Positions 35,501-43,724 of a stretch of 52,941 bases of DNA are shown here, one piece after another (position 1 is the first letter of the stretch; every line of letters starts with the position of its first letter). Made by a program: the position numbers and the translations under genes. This DNA is from a bacterium (GTDB taxonomy: Bacteria; Cyanobacteriota; Vampirovibrionia; Gastranaerophilales; Gastranaerophilaceae): assembly GCA_017409065.1 (NCBI GenBank), contig JAFQTK010000107.1:1-52941 (forward strand), in the 5' to 3' direction. The notes beneath the pieces are model-generated. The model did not search any database, was not told where the DNA came from, and worked only from the letters and a program-made list of their open reading frames with translations.

Positions 35501-35820
35501 ATACTGACAACACTTACTCAATAATCGATTTTAAAACTAATGTAAATATTCAAGCAGACAAAGAAAATTATTACAAACAATTGTATTTATACAAAAAAGC
35601 CATCGAATCTGAAGGATTTCAAGTCAAATCTTGTGCCATTCTCAGTTTAAATAGTAACAACACAAATGAAACTATCGAGCTAAATGATGAGCCAAAAATC
35701 GGTGAAGAATTTGATAGAATACTTGAATCCGCTATTGATTGCTTAAAAAATGACAAAAAATCATCATCGACTCATAATTGTAAAAAATGTGAATACAATT
35801 ATATTTGTAATAACAATTAA
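32515..35820 (+). CDS. addA: AddA/RexA-type ATP-dependent helicase-nuclease (UvrD/Rep helicase plus RecB-like nuclease)
   Basis: 1101 aa from the ATG at 32515 (agaggggg RBS, ATGATTAA overlap with addB). Walker A 'AGAGTGKT', 'LIIDEFQDTN', 'NYRS', 'MTIHASKGLEF' and 'LFYVAVSRAKK'. C-terminal nuclease 'IGDIDLLIKNTDNTYSIIDFKTN'. Confidence 0.88.
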   Translation: MINILNSLTNGLNEKQKLAVENTIDSCTKIVAGAGTGKTQIIARRFAKLTADLTQKGIEHPTSHILVITFTDKAANQMKERIIDVLNKNGLNSYGNDMWISTFHGFCNKILSRHSIEANLSPDFQLADENTLNEFYEKIVKTLRNNEISSIENIDKICSDLDLESSILNIENLKKLSAINTIDNIFDDIFQTIKKIKSLGITPKEFLDKTISATQNYSKILETLPYNGLSVDDYVINWQNHLRKYTDDFCKFEKDEAFANLCKKSLIISKNRSSKAEKWTPPEGLSDNITNFNEIEIYLTKVIALIYAIYQNELEIANIIDFDDLINKTIYILKNNKIIRAYYQKYFEHLIIDEFQDTNGSQLELIKLLLNPNYANITFVGDRKQSIYGFRYAQMENLEVLHNFIKEKYNKNYPEIKLDTNYRSSGHVLNAVNFVTTEHLNLDEELLPNPNSDFTEVNKFVKNSNIEDAQYSFERKEAEAKYFAAEIQKLHKEENVKYKDFAILVKSHSQSELIEKILTKYGIPSIKKTNKSYFTNPIIKNAIAALKLIQNPLNEIALARILQINNNEKDFLILKKTIDEKFQNIDKTLGTKHLNLNERIIKLYEENNLENKELKKIFDIISQLVKEKNQSSLLKLFLNFKQKINLHNSKQEIEHFRNENNLRMFEKIISDYEQTQNFTSIKKFLEYFDKISEDRNFELPNVNSTDLDAVQIMTIHASKGLEFPYTFVCAINNKKSKNEKNIVFDLQFGKKPGFGLMITKLNEKDSPKYHVYKEIWKNPREYNEAIRLFYVAVSRAKKYLNIITFDSNSGPKAAEYTKDFPNTIVKETIKIAEINPELQQLVPTVITKEKSFAQNLLAESYEENQTNHIFSFSKLNTFTKCESKFLLKYKYGFPSLDIHNKGAETGNIVHKLIYKALVFNEILDEKEIIQHQKNCNVDDVIRQNTILAYRNFLNSEYSPEKLKQKEFFVERHFDFIYKTTENEVRFIGDIDLLIKNTDNTYSIIDFKTNVNIQADKENYYKQLYLYKKAIESEGFQVKSCAILSLNSNNTNETIELNDEPKIGEEFDRILESAIDCLKNDKKSSSTHNCKKCEYNYICNNN

Positions 35821-36569
35821 TTTTTATCCTCAAAAGTATTTGCTAAAAATTCAAAATCAAAAAATAATTTTGCAGTATTGTCATTCATAGGTTGGTAAAA
35901 AAGACGGCTATTACACTGTTTTAAAAACTCATTAGCAAGTGCTAAATTTAAATTCAATTTATTTACATCTCTTTGTAAAGAAAGGGCATTATTTATATGC
36001 TCAAACAAATCATCTACCGCAAAATTATCGAAATTATTTCCATCGTAAAACAACTCAAAACGCAGGACAATAGAACTTGATGAACTTTTCAACGTACTCA
36101 CACTTAACTTTATTGATTGCTTAGAAAAATTAGTTGCACTTTCTAACAACAGATTAATGATTTCTGAAAATTTTAGACTGTCGCAAAACAAAATAAAAGG
36201 AATGTTTTTGTCATATTCAAAATCAATATTTATTTTTCTTTGAAAAGATTGTTTTCGAACAAACATCAATGCCGTTGTTAATAATGAATGCAAATTTATT
36301 CTTGTTAAACATTTTGGAAATACCTTTTGTTCTTCATTAACTAAAGTGGAAAAAGCCTCTATTTGTTTGGTTAAATTAAAAGTAGAATATTTTGCATTAA
36401 GCAAAAATTCTTGTTCAACCGGAGTACAAATTCGTCTGTTTAATAACTCTAAAAAACCGGACAAACCATTAATTGTATTAGTCATGTCTAATGATAATTT
36501 CTTCAACAAACTTGTCATTTCTTCATTATTAAAAAAATTATTAGAACTCTTTTCAAAATTTATCTTCAT
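35817..36569 (-). CDS. histidine-kinase-like protein with degenerate H-box and ATP-binding boxes (pseudokinase candidate)
   Basis: 250 aa. 'LLKKLSLDMTNTINGLSGFLELL' aligns to the HisKA 'fla.mSHEiRTPlNgIiGfsELL' pattern with Leu in place of His. 'DSLKFSEIINLLLESATNFS' aligns to the N-box with Asn lost. 'KLNLNLALANEFLK' aligns to the G2 box 'GtGLGLai...lv' with the Gly residues lost. Confidence 0.55.
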   Translation of the reverse strand: MKINFEKSSNNFFNNEEMTSLLKKLSLDMTNTINGLSGFLELLNRRICTPVEQEFLLNAKYSTFNLTKQIEAFSTLVNEEQKVFPKCLTRINLHSLLTTALMFVRKQSFQRKINIDFEYDKNIPFILFCDSLKFSEIINLLLESATNFSKQSIKLSVSTLKSSSSSIVLRFELFYDGNNFDNFAVDDLFEHINNALSLQRDVNKLNLNLALANEFLKQCNSRLFYQPMNDNTAKLFFDFEFLANTFEDKN

Positions 36570-36704
36570 CTATTTCTCTCTAAATCTATACGAATATTAC
36601 ATCAATATTAAAAATAGAGATATTACCCAAGTAGACAATATTTGAAAATCAAAACCGCAAATTATATAATTCAAAATTCATTCAAAGCTAAATAAAAAAT
36701 ATAA

Positions 36705-38102
36705 TTATGAATTTTTAATTTTAGCAATAATTTCGTTCACACAGTTTTTAAGCATTACATTCGTTTCCATATCTTCCTTAACTTTTTCATGTGAATAAAT
36801 TATTGTAGGATGCTTTCTTGCAAAAAAATCACCTATTTCATTCAAACTAAAATCCGTTATCTCACGACATACATAAATTGCAACTTGACGAGCATTAGCT
36901 AATTTCTGAGAACGAGTTTGCCCTTTAATATCCTTTGGAGAAAGCTTATAATAATCTGCAACAATATTTAAGACATCATCCAAAGTTATTTGCTTTTCTA
37001 CATCAGAAATATTTAAAATCTGCTTTACGCTATCAATATTTAATTCAATATTACAAACTCCAACATACGCAGTTACTCTGTTGTAAGCCCCTTCTAATTC
37101 TCTAACGTTTTTAGAATATGTTTTTGCCAAAAATTCAACAATTTCTAATGGTAATGTTATTCCGTCATTTTTAGCCAAATTACAAATTATTGCCATTCTT
37201 GTTTCCAAATCAGGCGGTTGTACGTCTACCATCAAGCCCCACTCAAAACGACTTCTTAACCTATCAGGAAGATTTTGAATATATTTTGGCTCTCTGTCAG
37301 ATGTAATTACAATTTGCTTACCTGCATTATGAAGAGCCTCAAACGTATTAAAAATTTCTGTTACGGTTCTTTCTTTTCCTTCAATAAATTGAATGTCATC
37401 AATCAAAAGCACATCAACATTTCTGTATTTTTGCCTAAAGTTGGTCATACTGGCAGATTTGTCCATCCCTTGATGAATAGAAGTTATTAAATCATTAATA
37501 AATTCTTCTGTTTTGACAAATTTAACTTTTAACTCCGGATGATTATACAAAACATAATGCCCAATTGCTTGCATCAAGTGTGTTTTGCCAAGTCCTGCAC
37601 CTCCATATATAAATAAAGGATTATATTTTTCACCAGGAGTTTTTGCTGTTGACATACTCGCTGCGTATGCAAATTTGTTGTTTTCACCAACTACAAAATT
37701 TTCAAACTTATACTTAAGATTAAGTTTTGGTGCAGATTGCATCTTTTTCAAATTGTCATATTTTCCACTTGGATTTTCTTGTGACACCTTCTCAATATTT
37801 TCTTCTCTTGCCAAAAGTTTTTGAAGCTTTTTGTTATGTTTTTGTGCCAATTTTTCATCATAAATAATGTTAAATTCAACCTTTTCACCAATTTCTTTGG
37901 TTAAAATATTTTCTATCAATGCAAAATATTTTTTCAAAATTTGAATAGCAAAAGACTGCCCCGTAAGAACTGAGAACGTACCATTTTCAAAAGCATGAGG
38001 AATTAAGGGTAAAACCCAAGGTTCAAAACTGGAACTTGGAATCTCATTTTTTATTTCCTCTACAACAGAGGACCAAATTTTTTGTACTTCTAGCATGTCC
38101 AT
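36705..38102 (-). CDS. dnaA: chromosomal replication initiator protein DnaA
   Basis: 465 aa. Walker A 'GGAGLGKTHL', 'LLIDDIQF', 'ITSDREP', 'RLRSRFEWGL' and 'NVRELEGA'. The C-terminal DNA-binding domain contains 'ARQVAIYVCREIT' and 'HPTIIYSHEKV'. Confidence 0.95.
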   Translation of the reverse strand: MDMLEVQKIWSSVVEEIKNEIPSSSFEPWVLPLIPHAFENGTFSVLTGQSFAIQILKKYFALIENILTKEIGEKVEFNIIYDEKLAQKHNKKLQKLLAREENIEKVSQENPSGKYDNLKKMQSAPKLNLKYKFENFVVGENNKFAYAASMSTAKTPGEKYNPLFIYGGAGLGKTHLMQAIGHYVLYNHPELKVKFVKTEEFINDLITSIHQGMDKSASMTNFRQKYRNVDVLLIDDIQFIEGKERTVTEIFNTFEALHNAGKQIVITSDREPKYIQNLPDRLRSRFEWGLMVDVQPPDLETRMAIICNLAKNDGITLPLEIVEFLAKTYSKNVRELEGAYNRVTAYVGVCNIELNIDSVKQILNISDVEKQITLDDVLNIVADYYKLSPKDIKGQTRSQKLANARQVAIYVCREITDFSLNEIGDFFARKHPTIIYSHEKVKEDMETNVMLKNCVNEIIAKIKNS

Positions 38103-38208
38103 AATACATGAGTTTACTATAAAAAATGAAAGGACTAAAGTAGTTGCTAAATTTTACATCATAGAGTAGAATACAGGTGTTACGAAATTACATTGTGGAT
38201 TTACTTTT

Positions 38209-38745
38209 ATGAACAAATTTTTAGCTTTTTCTATTGCCGAAGCTTTAGTTACTTTAACTATTGTTGGGATTGCCGCAGGCTCAGCGGCTCCTCTAATTTC
38301 AAAGACCATGAAAAATAGTCAAATTAGTAACTATCAAATCATGGATATCAATAAAACAATTGACAAGACAAATAACCAAATTAAAAACGTTAATGATGCA
38401 TATTTCCCTAATCATTGGCATGGTGTAGGAGCTTTTGACCAAGATATCAATAATGACATGCTTTTCTACGCCCGCAACCACCAATCTAATAATATTGGTA
38501 TTAATGGTAACGGGTTTTATAAAATGTGGGGTGATTCCTATGATAATTCCCAAAACAAAGGAGCTGAAAACTACAAATTTGAGGACACGTTATGGAATCA
38601 AGTAGTATCAACACGCCCCGCAGCCAAAGGGATAGGAACAACATCTGATATTTATACAGGTAACTCAAATACAGCCACTGTACCAACTAATAAAATAGAA
38701 GTAAAACCTGCATCATTATCGGTCATTGCTTGTAGAAAAGATTAA
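38209..38745 (+). CDS. type IV pilin / pseudopilin-like protein
   Basis: 178 aa. The N-terminus 'MNKFLA|FSIAEALVTLTIVGIAAG' resembles a prepilin cleavage/methylation motif, with Glu at +5 and Ala instead of Gly at -1. Confidence 0.6.
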   Translation: MNKFLAFSIAEALVTLTIVGIAAGSAAPLISKTMKNSQISNYQIMDINKTIDKTNNQIKNVNDAYFPNHWHGVGAFDQDINNDMLFYARNHQSNNIGINGNGFYKMWGDSYDNSQNKGAENYKFEDTLWNQVVSTRPAAKGIGTTSDIYTGNSNTATVPTNKIEVKPASLSVIACRKD

Positions 38746-38787
38746 TTTTTCAAATTTACATTCAAATTTGAAGAAGTGTTACACAAC

Positions 38788-38816
38788 TTGAAATTTGGGT
38801 TAGAATATGTTAAAAT
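38788..38816 (+). promoter_or_regulatory. sigma70-like promoter (TTGAAA-17 nt-TAAAAT)
   Basis: ttgaaa lies at 38788-38793 and taaaat at 38811-38816 with a 17-nt spacer. This is about 40 nt upstream of the ATG at 38855, which has a ggaaagg RBS. Confidence 0.5.
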
Positions 38817-38854
38817 CATGGTACGAAGGATGTTAGTAGTGGAAAGGTCAGTGT

Positions 38855-39088
38855 ATGCGAGTAAGCTTGAATTTGTCGTCATTAAATAACTCTCAACCAT
38901 TGCGTTTTGGCAATCGTCATGACAAAAGTCCAAGTTTTCAGCAGACTAATGTAACTAGTCAACCAAAGACCGTCGATTACAAAAAAGAATATGAAAAAAC
39001 TCAAGCACAGTTGGACTATGTAAGCAAAAAATATGAAGTCCTTTGTAATGTTTGTGCTTTGGGACTAAATCCTAATTTTAAAGCTTAA
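38855..39088 (+). CDS. small hypothetical protein
   Basis: 77 aa with a good promoter and RBS. No family recognised. Confidence 0.5.
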   Translation: MRVSLNLSSLNNSQPLRFGNRHDKSPSFQQTNVTSQPKTVDYKKEYEKTQAQLDYVSKKYEVLCNVCALGLNPNFKA

Positions 39089-39101
39089 TTAAGAGGTTTT
39101 T

Positions 39102-39827
39102 ATGTATAAATTTTTCAAAGAGTTCCAACTGCTTCTGTTGGGAATAGTTCTTGTTACAGGCATGATTTTAGGTGCAAAAATTATTGCAGATAATATTTCT
39201 CAAGCAGGCATTACAGTAACAGGTTCAGCATACGAAATTGTCAAATCCGATATTGCTACATTAAGATTAAACATAAACACTCGAAATGCTGATAAAGCAA
39301 ATGCTTATACTCAGTTAAAAAATCAAATTCCTCTGGTAAAAAATTACCTGATAAATAATGGCATCAAAGAAGACGAAATAACAATAGAAGCTCCTTCCAA
39401 TTATACTCAAAATAAATATAGCTCATCAGGAGCTATGACTAATGAAATAGCATTTTATAATTTTAATCAAACCATAACAATAAAATCTGGTGATATTGAA
39501 AAAATAACTAAACTTTCAATTGATGCACAATCATTGTTAGAAAAAGGGATAAACATAAATACAAATACACCTGAATATAATTATTCAAAGCTAGCAGATT
39601 TAAAAATTAAACTTTTAGGTGAAGCGACAAAAGATGCAAAACTTAGGGCTATTCAGATGTTAAAGGCTACAAACAACCGTGTTGGTAAAATTAAATCGGT
39701 AAAAATGGGTGTGTTCCAAATCACAGCACCAACATCAAATGAAGTAAGCAACTGGGGAATTAATGATACTTCCAGCAAAGAAAAGAAAGTAACCGCAGTT
39801 GCCAATGTTATTTTTGAAGTAAAATAG
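39102..39827 (+). CDS. SIMPL-domain (DUF541) protein
   Basis: 241 aa with an N-terminal TM/signal segment. 'ITVTGSAYEIVKSDIATLRLNINTRNADKANAYTQL' and the C-terminal '...VTAVANVIFEV' follow the SIMPL pattern. Confidence 0.7.
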   Translation: MYKFFKEFQLLLLGIVLVTGMILGAKIIADNISQAGITVTGSAYEIVKSDIATLRLNINTRNADKANAYTQLKNQIPLVKNYLINNGIKEDEITIEAPSNYTQNKYSSSGAMTNEIAFYNFNQTITIKSGDIEKITKLSIDAQSLLEKGININTNTPEYNYSKLADLKIKLLGEATKDAKLRAIQMLKATNNRVGKIKSVKMGVFQITAPTSNEVSNWGINDTSSKEKKVTAVANVIFEVK

Positions 39828-39828
39828 C

Positions 39829-40044
39829 TTATTCGTAATCCCAAACATAAATATTGCCGCAATATCTACAAACGGCATGGCTATTCATAAAAGCCAAATC
39901 CGGTTTAAATGAATACCCATCAACGTGAAAAATTAACTCACCATTGGTATCAAATTCCTGACTAAATTCTCTTTTTCCTTCATAATCAGGATTAAATATT
40001 AACTCATACTTATCTACTGATTTGCAACTGCGACACCTGAACAT
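39829..40044 (-). CDS. small zinc-ribbon-like hypothetical protein
   Basis: 71 aa with CxxC at both ends ('CRSCKS' ... 'CRYCGN'). It sits directly downstream of the 308-aa membrane protein gene with a 1-nt gap. Confidence 0.5.
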   Translation of the reverse strand: MFRCRSCKSVDKYELIFNPDYEGKREFSQEFDTNGELIFHVDGYSFKPDLAFMNSHAVCRYCGNIYVWDYE

Positions 40045-40045
40045 A

Positions 40046-40972
40046 TTAAAGCTCTTTTATTTTCTTTTCTTTTAATTTTTTAAGTTCTAAATCTTTATAA
40101 AGCATTGTACAACATATACTTCTTAGAGGTAATGTATAGCAAATCACAACAGTAGATACAACTATTGATGCAATTGTTTTAGGTATTGCGGAGAAATCTA
40201 ATGAAAAATCAGGAACAAACATCTGTATCATTGATTGAATTTCCATCAAAGGCAAAGTAGCCAAATATGTTTCTAGCGGTTTGTTTACTATCTCGTAAAT
40301 ACTTAACTTTGTAAATGCATAATTAATTAATTCAGGAATCATTATGTAAGATATAACGTACAATAAAAATAGCAATAAACTAGCTTTCAAAAAATTCCCT
40401 TTTATCATTTTTGCACTTTTTTTACATATTTCAATTGCGTTTAGATTTTCTTCCAAAGCAAAAACTTGAAAAACTAAACACAGAAAAATCATTACAACCA
40501 ACAATGGTATCCAAAAAAGAGGTATAACCCCCAAAAAAGAAATTAAAGATAAAATTAATAACAATGAAACATAAGTTCCCAATCTTCTATTAACTGTGTC
40601 ATTATGAATGCTCAAATCATCAAGTTTAGCCGAACAAATCAAATTGTTTGCCATTGAATTTAGAGAACCCATTGCGACCAAATATTTCCAAAATGCTGCA
40701 AGAAAAATTATAAATGCCGGAATTGTTATAATTAACAGTGTTGTGAAAACCACCGACACATTATCAAAAATAGGGCTTAATACCACAATTTTTTCTAAAT
40801 TTGTTGCAAATAAATATTGGGTAGAAAATATTAAAATAAGACCTAATACCTGCCCCAAAATAGGGAAAGTCATATATTTCATGAATTTATCTATGTTTTT
40901 AAAATATAAACACAATCCTTCAAAAATTATTTTAAAAACACTAACTATTTTTGATTCATTTTTCTTTGCCAT
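40046..40972 (-). CDS. polytopic membrane protein, unknown function
   Basis: 308 aa with at least 6 hydrophobic segments. No motif recognised. Confidence 0.6.
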   Translation of the reverse strand: MAKKNESKIVSVFKIIFEGLCLYFKNIDKFMKYMTFPILGQVLGLILIFSTQYLFATNLEKIVVLSPIFDNVSVVFTTLLIITIPAFIIFLAAFWKYLVAMGSLNSMANNLICSAKLDDLSIHNDTVNRRLGTYVSLLLILSLISFLGVIPLFWIPLLVVMIFLCLVFQVFALEENLNAIEICKKSAKMIKGNFLKASLLLFLLYVISYIMIPELINYAFTKLSIYEIVNKPLETYLATLPLMEIQSMIQMFVPDFSLDFSAIPKTIASIVVSTVVICYTLPLRSICCTMLYKDLELKKLKEKKIKEL

Positions 40973-41033
40973 TTTTTGTCACTCCATTTATAATACAATA
41001 ATATAATAAAATCAGGTTTTTTAAAAACAATTT

Positions 41034-41669
41034 ATGAAAAATATCAAAGAACTTTTGCAAGAATTTAAAGAAAAAGACTATAAAAGTTGTGTAAATCTTC
41101 ATATTCATACAACTTTTTCCGATGGCAAATCAACTCCGGAAGAAATTTTGTCACAAGCCAAAGAGCTAAAAATGAAAAAAATTGCCATATCTGATCATAA
41201 TACAGTAGAGGCTTATTTGCATAACCCAACATTAAAAGATGAAATAGTTATCCCTGCAATAGAGTTTGATTGCTGGTTTATGGGGTGCCTAATTCATATT
41301 CTGGGATATGGGATTGATGTAAATAATCAAGAACTAAAATCTCTATGTGCAAAAACTAAAGCCGGTACCGAAGCTGATATTGTTCGTTTGTTCTCATTCA
41401 GACACCCAAAACAAGTTATAACCGCAATTCACAAGGCAGGTGGGGTAGCGGTTTTGGCTCATCCGGCATGCTATTGGGCTTTTAGTTTAAACACATTAGT
41501 AAAAAGACTTATCAAATTAGGGCTTGACGGAATGGAAGTTTTTTATGAATATCGACGACATAGAAAGATAATAAAATTTCACTCAGAAAAAAAAGTTGCT
41601 CGAATAGCAAAAAAATATAATTTGGTATGTACCGGCGGCACAGATGAACACGGGAGTTTAAAAAAATGA
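41034..41669 (+). CDS. PHP-family metal-dependent phosphoesterase
   Basis: 211 aa. 'NLHIHTTFSDGKSTPEEIL..AKELKMKKIAISDHNTVEA' and later 'AHP' and 'GGTDEHG' are the PHP His/Asp motifs. Confidence 0.8.
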   Translation: MKNIKELLQEFKEKDYKSCVNLHIHTTFSDGKSTPEEILSQAKELKMKKIAISDHNTVEAYLHNPTLKDEIVIPAIEFDCWFMGCLIHILGYGIDVNNQELKSLCAKTKAGTEADIVRLFSFRHPKQVITAIHKAGGVAVLAHPACYWAFSLNTLVKRLIKLGLDGMEVFYEYRRHRKIIKFHSEKKVARIAKKYNLVCTGGTDEHGSLKK

Positions 41670-42664
41670 ATTTATTTAAAACAGCAAAATTTTGGTTTGA
41701 AAATGCTCGCTATCACGCAGTTGCACAAAGTCTATGGGCAGCTGTAACCGCAGTTTGTGTCGCTTTAAACCATTCATCTTTTAATTTGAAATATTCGGTT
41801 TTGGCAGTTATTGGTGTAATATTTGCCCATTTAAGTATAAATTTGCTAGACGATTATTTCGACTTTAAAATAGGAAGTGTGGATAAAAGAAATGAGCTTG
41901 GAAATTCTATCCGCAAAGGAAAATGCAAATATCTAACAGAAGGGAAAACAACTCCCAAACAACTATTTGCCTGTGCATGTATTTTTGGGCTAATTGCGTT
42001 AATTCTGGGTGGAATTTTATTCTATTACAGAGGTTTACCAATATTAATTATCGCATCAATTGCAATAATTTTAGGCTTTTTCTATTCTGCTCCGCCTCTA
42101 AAACTGAGTTACAACGGTTTTGGAGAGCTTGTTGTAGGCTTAATGTTCGGACCTTTATTAATGAACGGTGTTTTTTATTGTGCAACAGGCACAGTAAGCC
42201 TTCAGTTGCTTTTACTTTCCTTTGCCATTGGTTCTCTCGTTACAAACATTGTATATGTTCACTCTATTATGGATATGAAAGCGGATGGTGCTGTTGGAAA
42301 GAAAACACTTGCAGTCCTACTGAAAAAAAATTATTTTAGACTAACTGCCTTGGTATTTTTTGCAATTTATCCATATTGGATTATTGGAACAGGTATTTTA
42401 AGATACAAAATGCCTGAATTACTATGGTTTGTATTTTTAACACTTCCACTAACCGCCGTGTTAGTAAAATTTATGGTGGAATATGTTAATGGAATAAAAA
42501 AAGAACACCAACCCAAATTTTGGATGGGACAATTTGAATGTTGGGACAGAATTAAATCCATTGGTATCGAATGGTTTATGATTCGTTGGTTTTTAGCACG
42601 CAATATAATGGTTTTTTTCAGTATGATTATTTGTGCAGCATACATAGTGACGGCTATCAACTAA
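41666..42664 (+). CDS. UbiA-superfamily prenyltransferase, MenA-like
   Basis: 332 aa, polytopic. First Asp-rich motif 'NLLDDYFDFKIGSVD' and second 'DMKADGAVGKKTLAV'. An ATGA overlap joins it to the PHP gene. Confidence 0.8.
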   Translation: MNLFKTAKFWFENARYHAVAQSLWAAVTAVCVALNHSSFNLKYSVLAVIGVIFAHLSINLLDDYFDFKIGSVDKRNELGNSIRKGKCKYLTEGKTTPKQLFACACIFGLIALILGGILFYYRGLPILIIASIAIILGFFYSAPPLKLSYNGFGELVVGLMFGPLLMNGVFYCATGTVSLQLLLLSFAIGSLVTNIVYVHSIMDMKADGAVGKKTLAVLLKKNYFRLTALVFFAIYPYWIIGTGILRYKMPELLWFVFLTLPLTAVLVKFMVEYVNGIKKEHQPKFWMGQFECWDRIKSIGIEWFMIRWFLARNIMVFFSMIICAAYIVTAIN

Positions 42665-42665
42665 A

Positions 42666-43574
42666 ATGAAAAAATTGTTTTACTTAGCATGGTGGTATTT
42701 TCAAGTTAGGTTTCTGGGCAAAAAGAAACCACTACAAACTGTCCTCTTTATTAATAATGAGTGCAATTTAAGATGCAAACACTGCTGCATAGACAAAGAA
42801 AAACAACAAATTACAAAATCATATGAACAAATTGAAGAAGAACTGAAATATTCTTACAACTTAGGTTCAAGATTTGTTGATTTTGAAGGTGGCGAACCCA
42901 CATTATGGAAAGATAACGAAAAAAATATAAACGATTTGATTTTATTGGCAAAAAAAATAGGATTTTTTTCAACAACAGTTACTACTAATGCACAAAATGA
43001 TTTTTCATGGCTAAATGCAGATTCAATTTGGGTTAGCATTGACGGATTCAAAGAAAGTCACGACCTAATTCGTGGCAAAGGAAGTTTTGCCAAAGCAGTT
43101 GAAAATATTACAAAATACGGGGAATCAGGGAAAAAAAGCCTTTCTATAAACATGGTTGTTAATAAACTAAATGAAAATTCCGTTGAACAAACAATAAATT
43201 TTGCAAAACAAAACCCATACATTCGCTCAATTTCTCTAAACTTTCACATGCCATATTTTGGTACAGAAAATCTTTGTGTTGATGACAGAGATAAAATTTT
43301 AGACAAAATAATATCAATGAAAAAACATAATTATCCAATAATGAATACTTTTTCAGGTCTAAAGGCACTAAAAACTCCACAAAATCATAAATATTGTTGG
43401 ATTACTAATTTTATTATGCCTGATGGAAAAAAAGAAAATATGTGCCAAGGAGCAAAAAATAATTTGTGCCAAATATGTGGTCTTGGAATGGCAACAGAGA
43501 TGAAAAACCTTTATAGATTTAACTTTGAAACCATTTTAGCAGGAATTAAACTTCGCTTATTTAAAAATATATAG
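42666..43574 (+). CDS. radical SAM enzyme, unknown substrate
   Basis: 302 aa. CxxxCxxC 'CNLRCKHCC', 'FEGGEPTL' (SAM-binding GGE), and a Cys-containing C-terminal region 'CWITN...MCQGAKNNLCQICG'. It starts 2 nt after the prenyltransferase stop. Confidence 0.8.
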   Translation: MKKLFYLAWWYFQVRFLGKKKPLQTVLFINNECNLRCKHCCIDKEKQQITKSYEQIEEELKYSYNLGSRFVDFEGGEPTLWKDNEKNINDLILLAKKIGFFSTTVTTNAQNDFSWLNADSIWVSIDGFKESHDLIRGKGSFAKAVENITKYGESGKKSLSINMVVNKLNENSVEQTINFAKQNPYIRSISLNFHMPYFGTENLCVDDRDKILDKIISMKKHNYPIMNTFSGLKALKTPQNHKYCWITNFIMPDGKKENMCQGAKNNLCQICGLGMATEMKNLYRFNFETILAGIKLRLFKNI

Positions 43575-43724
43575 AACGGCTGTATCAGTTTTGGGCATTA
43601 CATCATACGTTTAATTGAGGATGAAAAAATATAAATCATAACTTTGTATGATTTATATTTCTTAACAATAAGTATAATAACACTATACTCCTTAGAGAAC
43701 GATACACATATCCCTAATCTGAAC

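Noticed and set aside
36570-38208. oriC next to dnaA
   Set aside because: Reading both flanking spacers, I found no cluster of TTATCCACA or TTTTCCACA-like boxes, only one weak tgtggattt. I also saw no obvious AT-rich 13-mer array distinct from the AT-rich background. A proper whole-contig box scan and GC-skew analysis would still be needed.
41923-42339. 138-aa alternate-frame ORF inside the prenyltransferase gene
   Set aside because: It is on the same strand but out of frame with a gene that has both UbiA Asp-rich motifs. Its product is Cys/Arg/Asn-rich with no motif or RBS.
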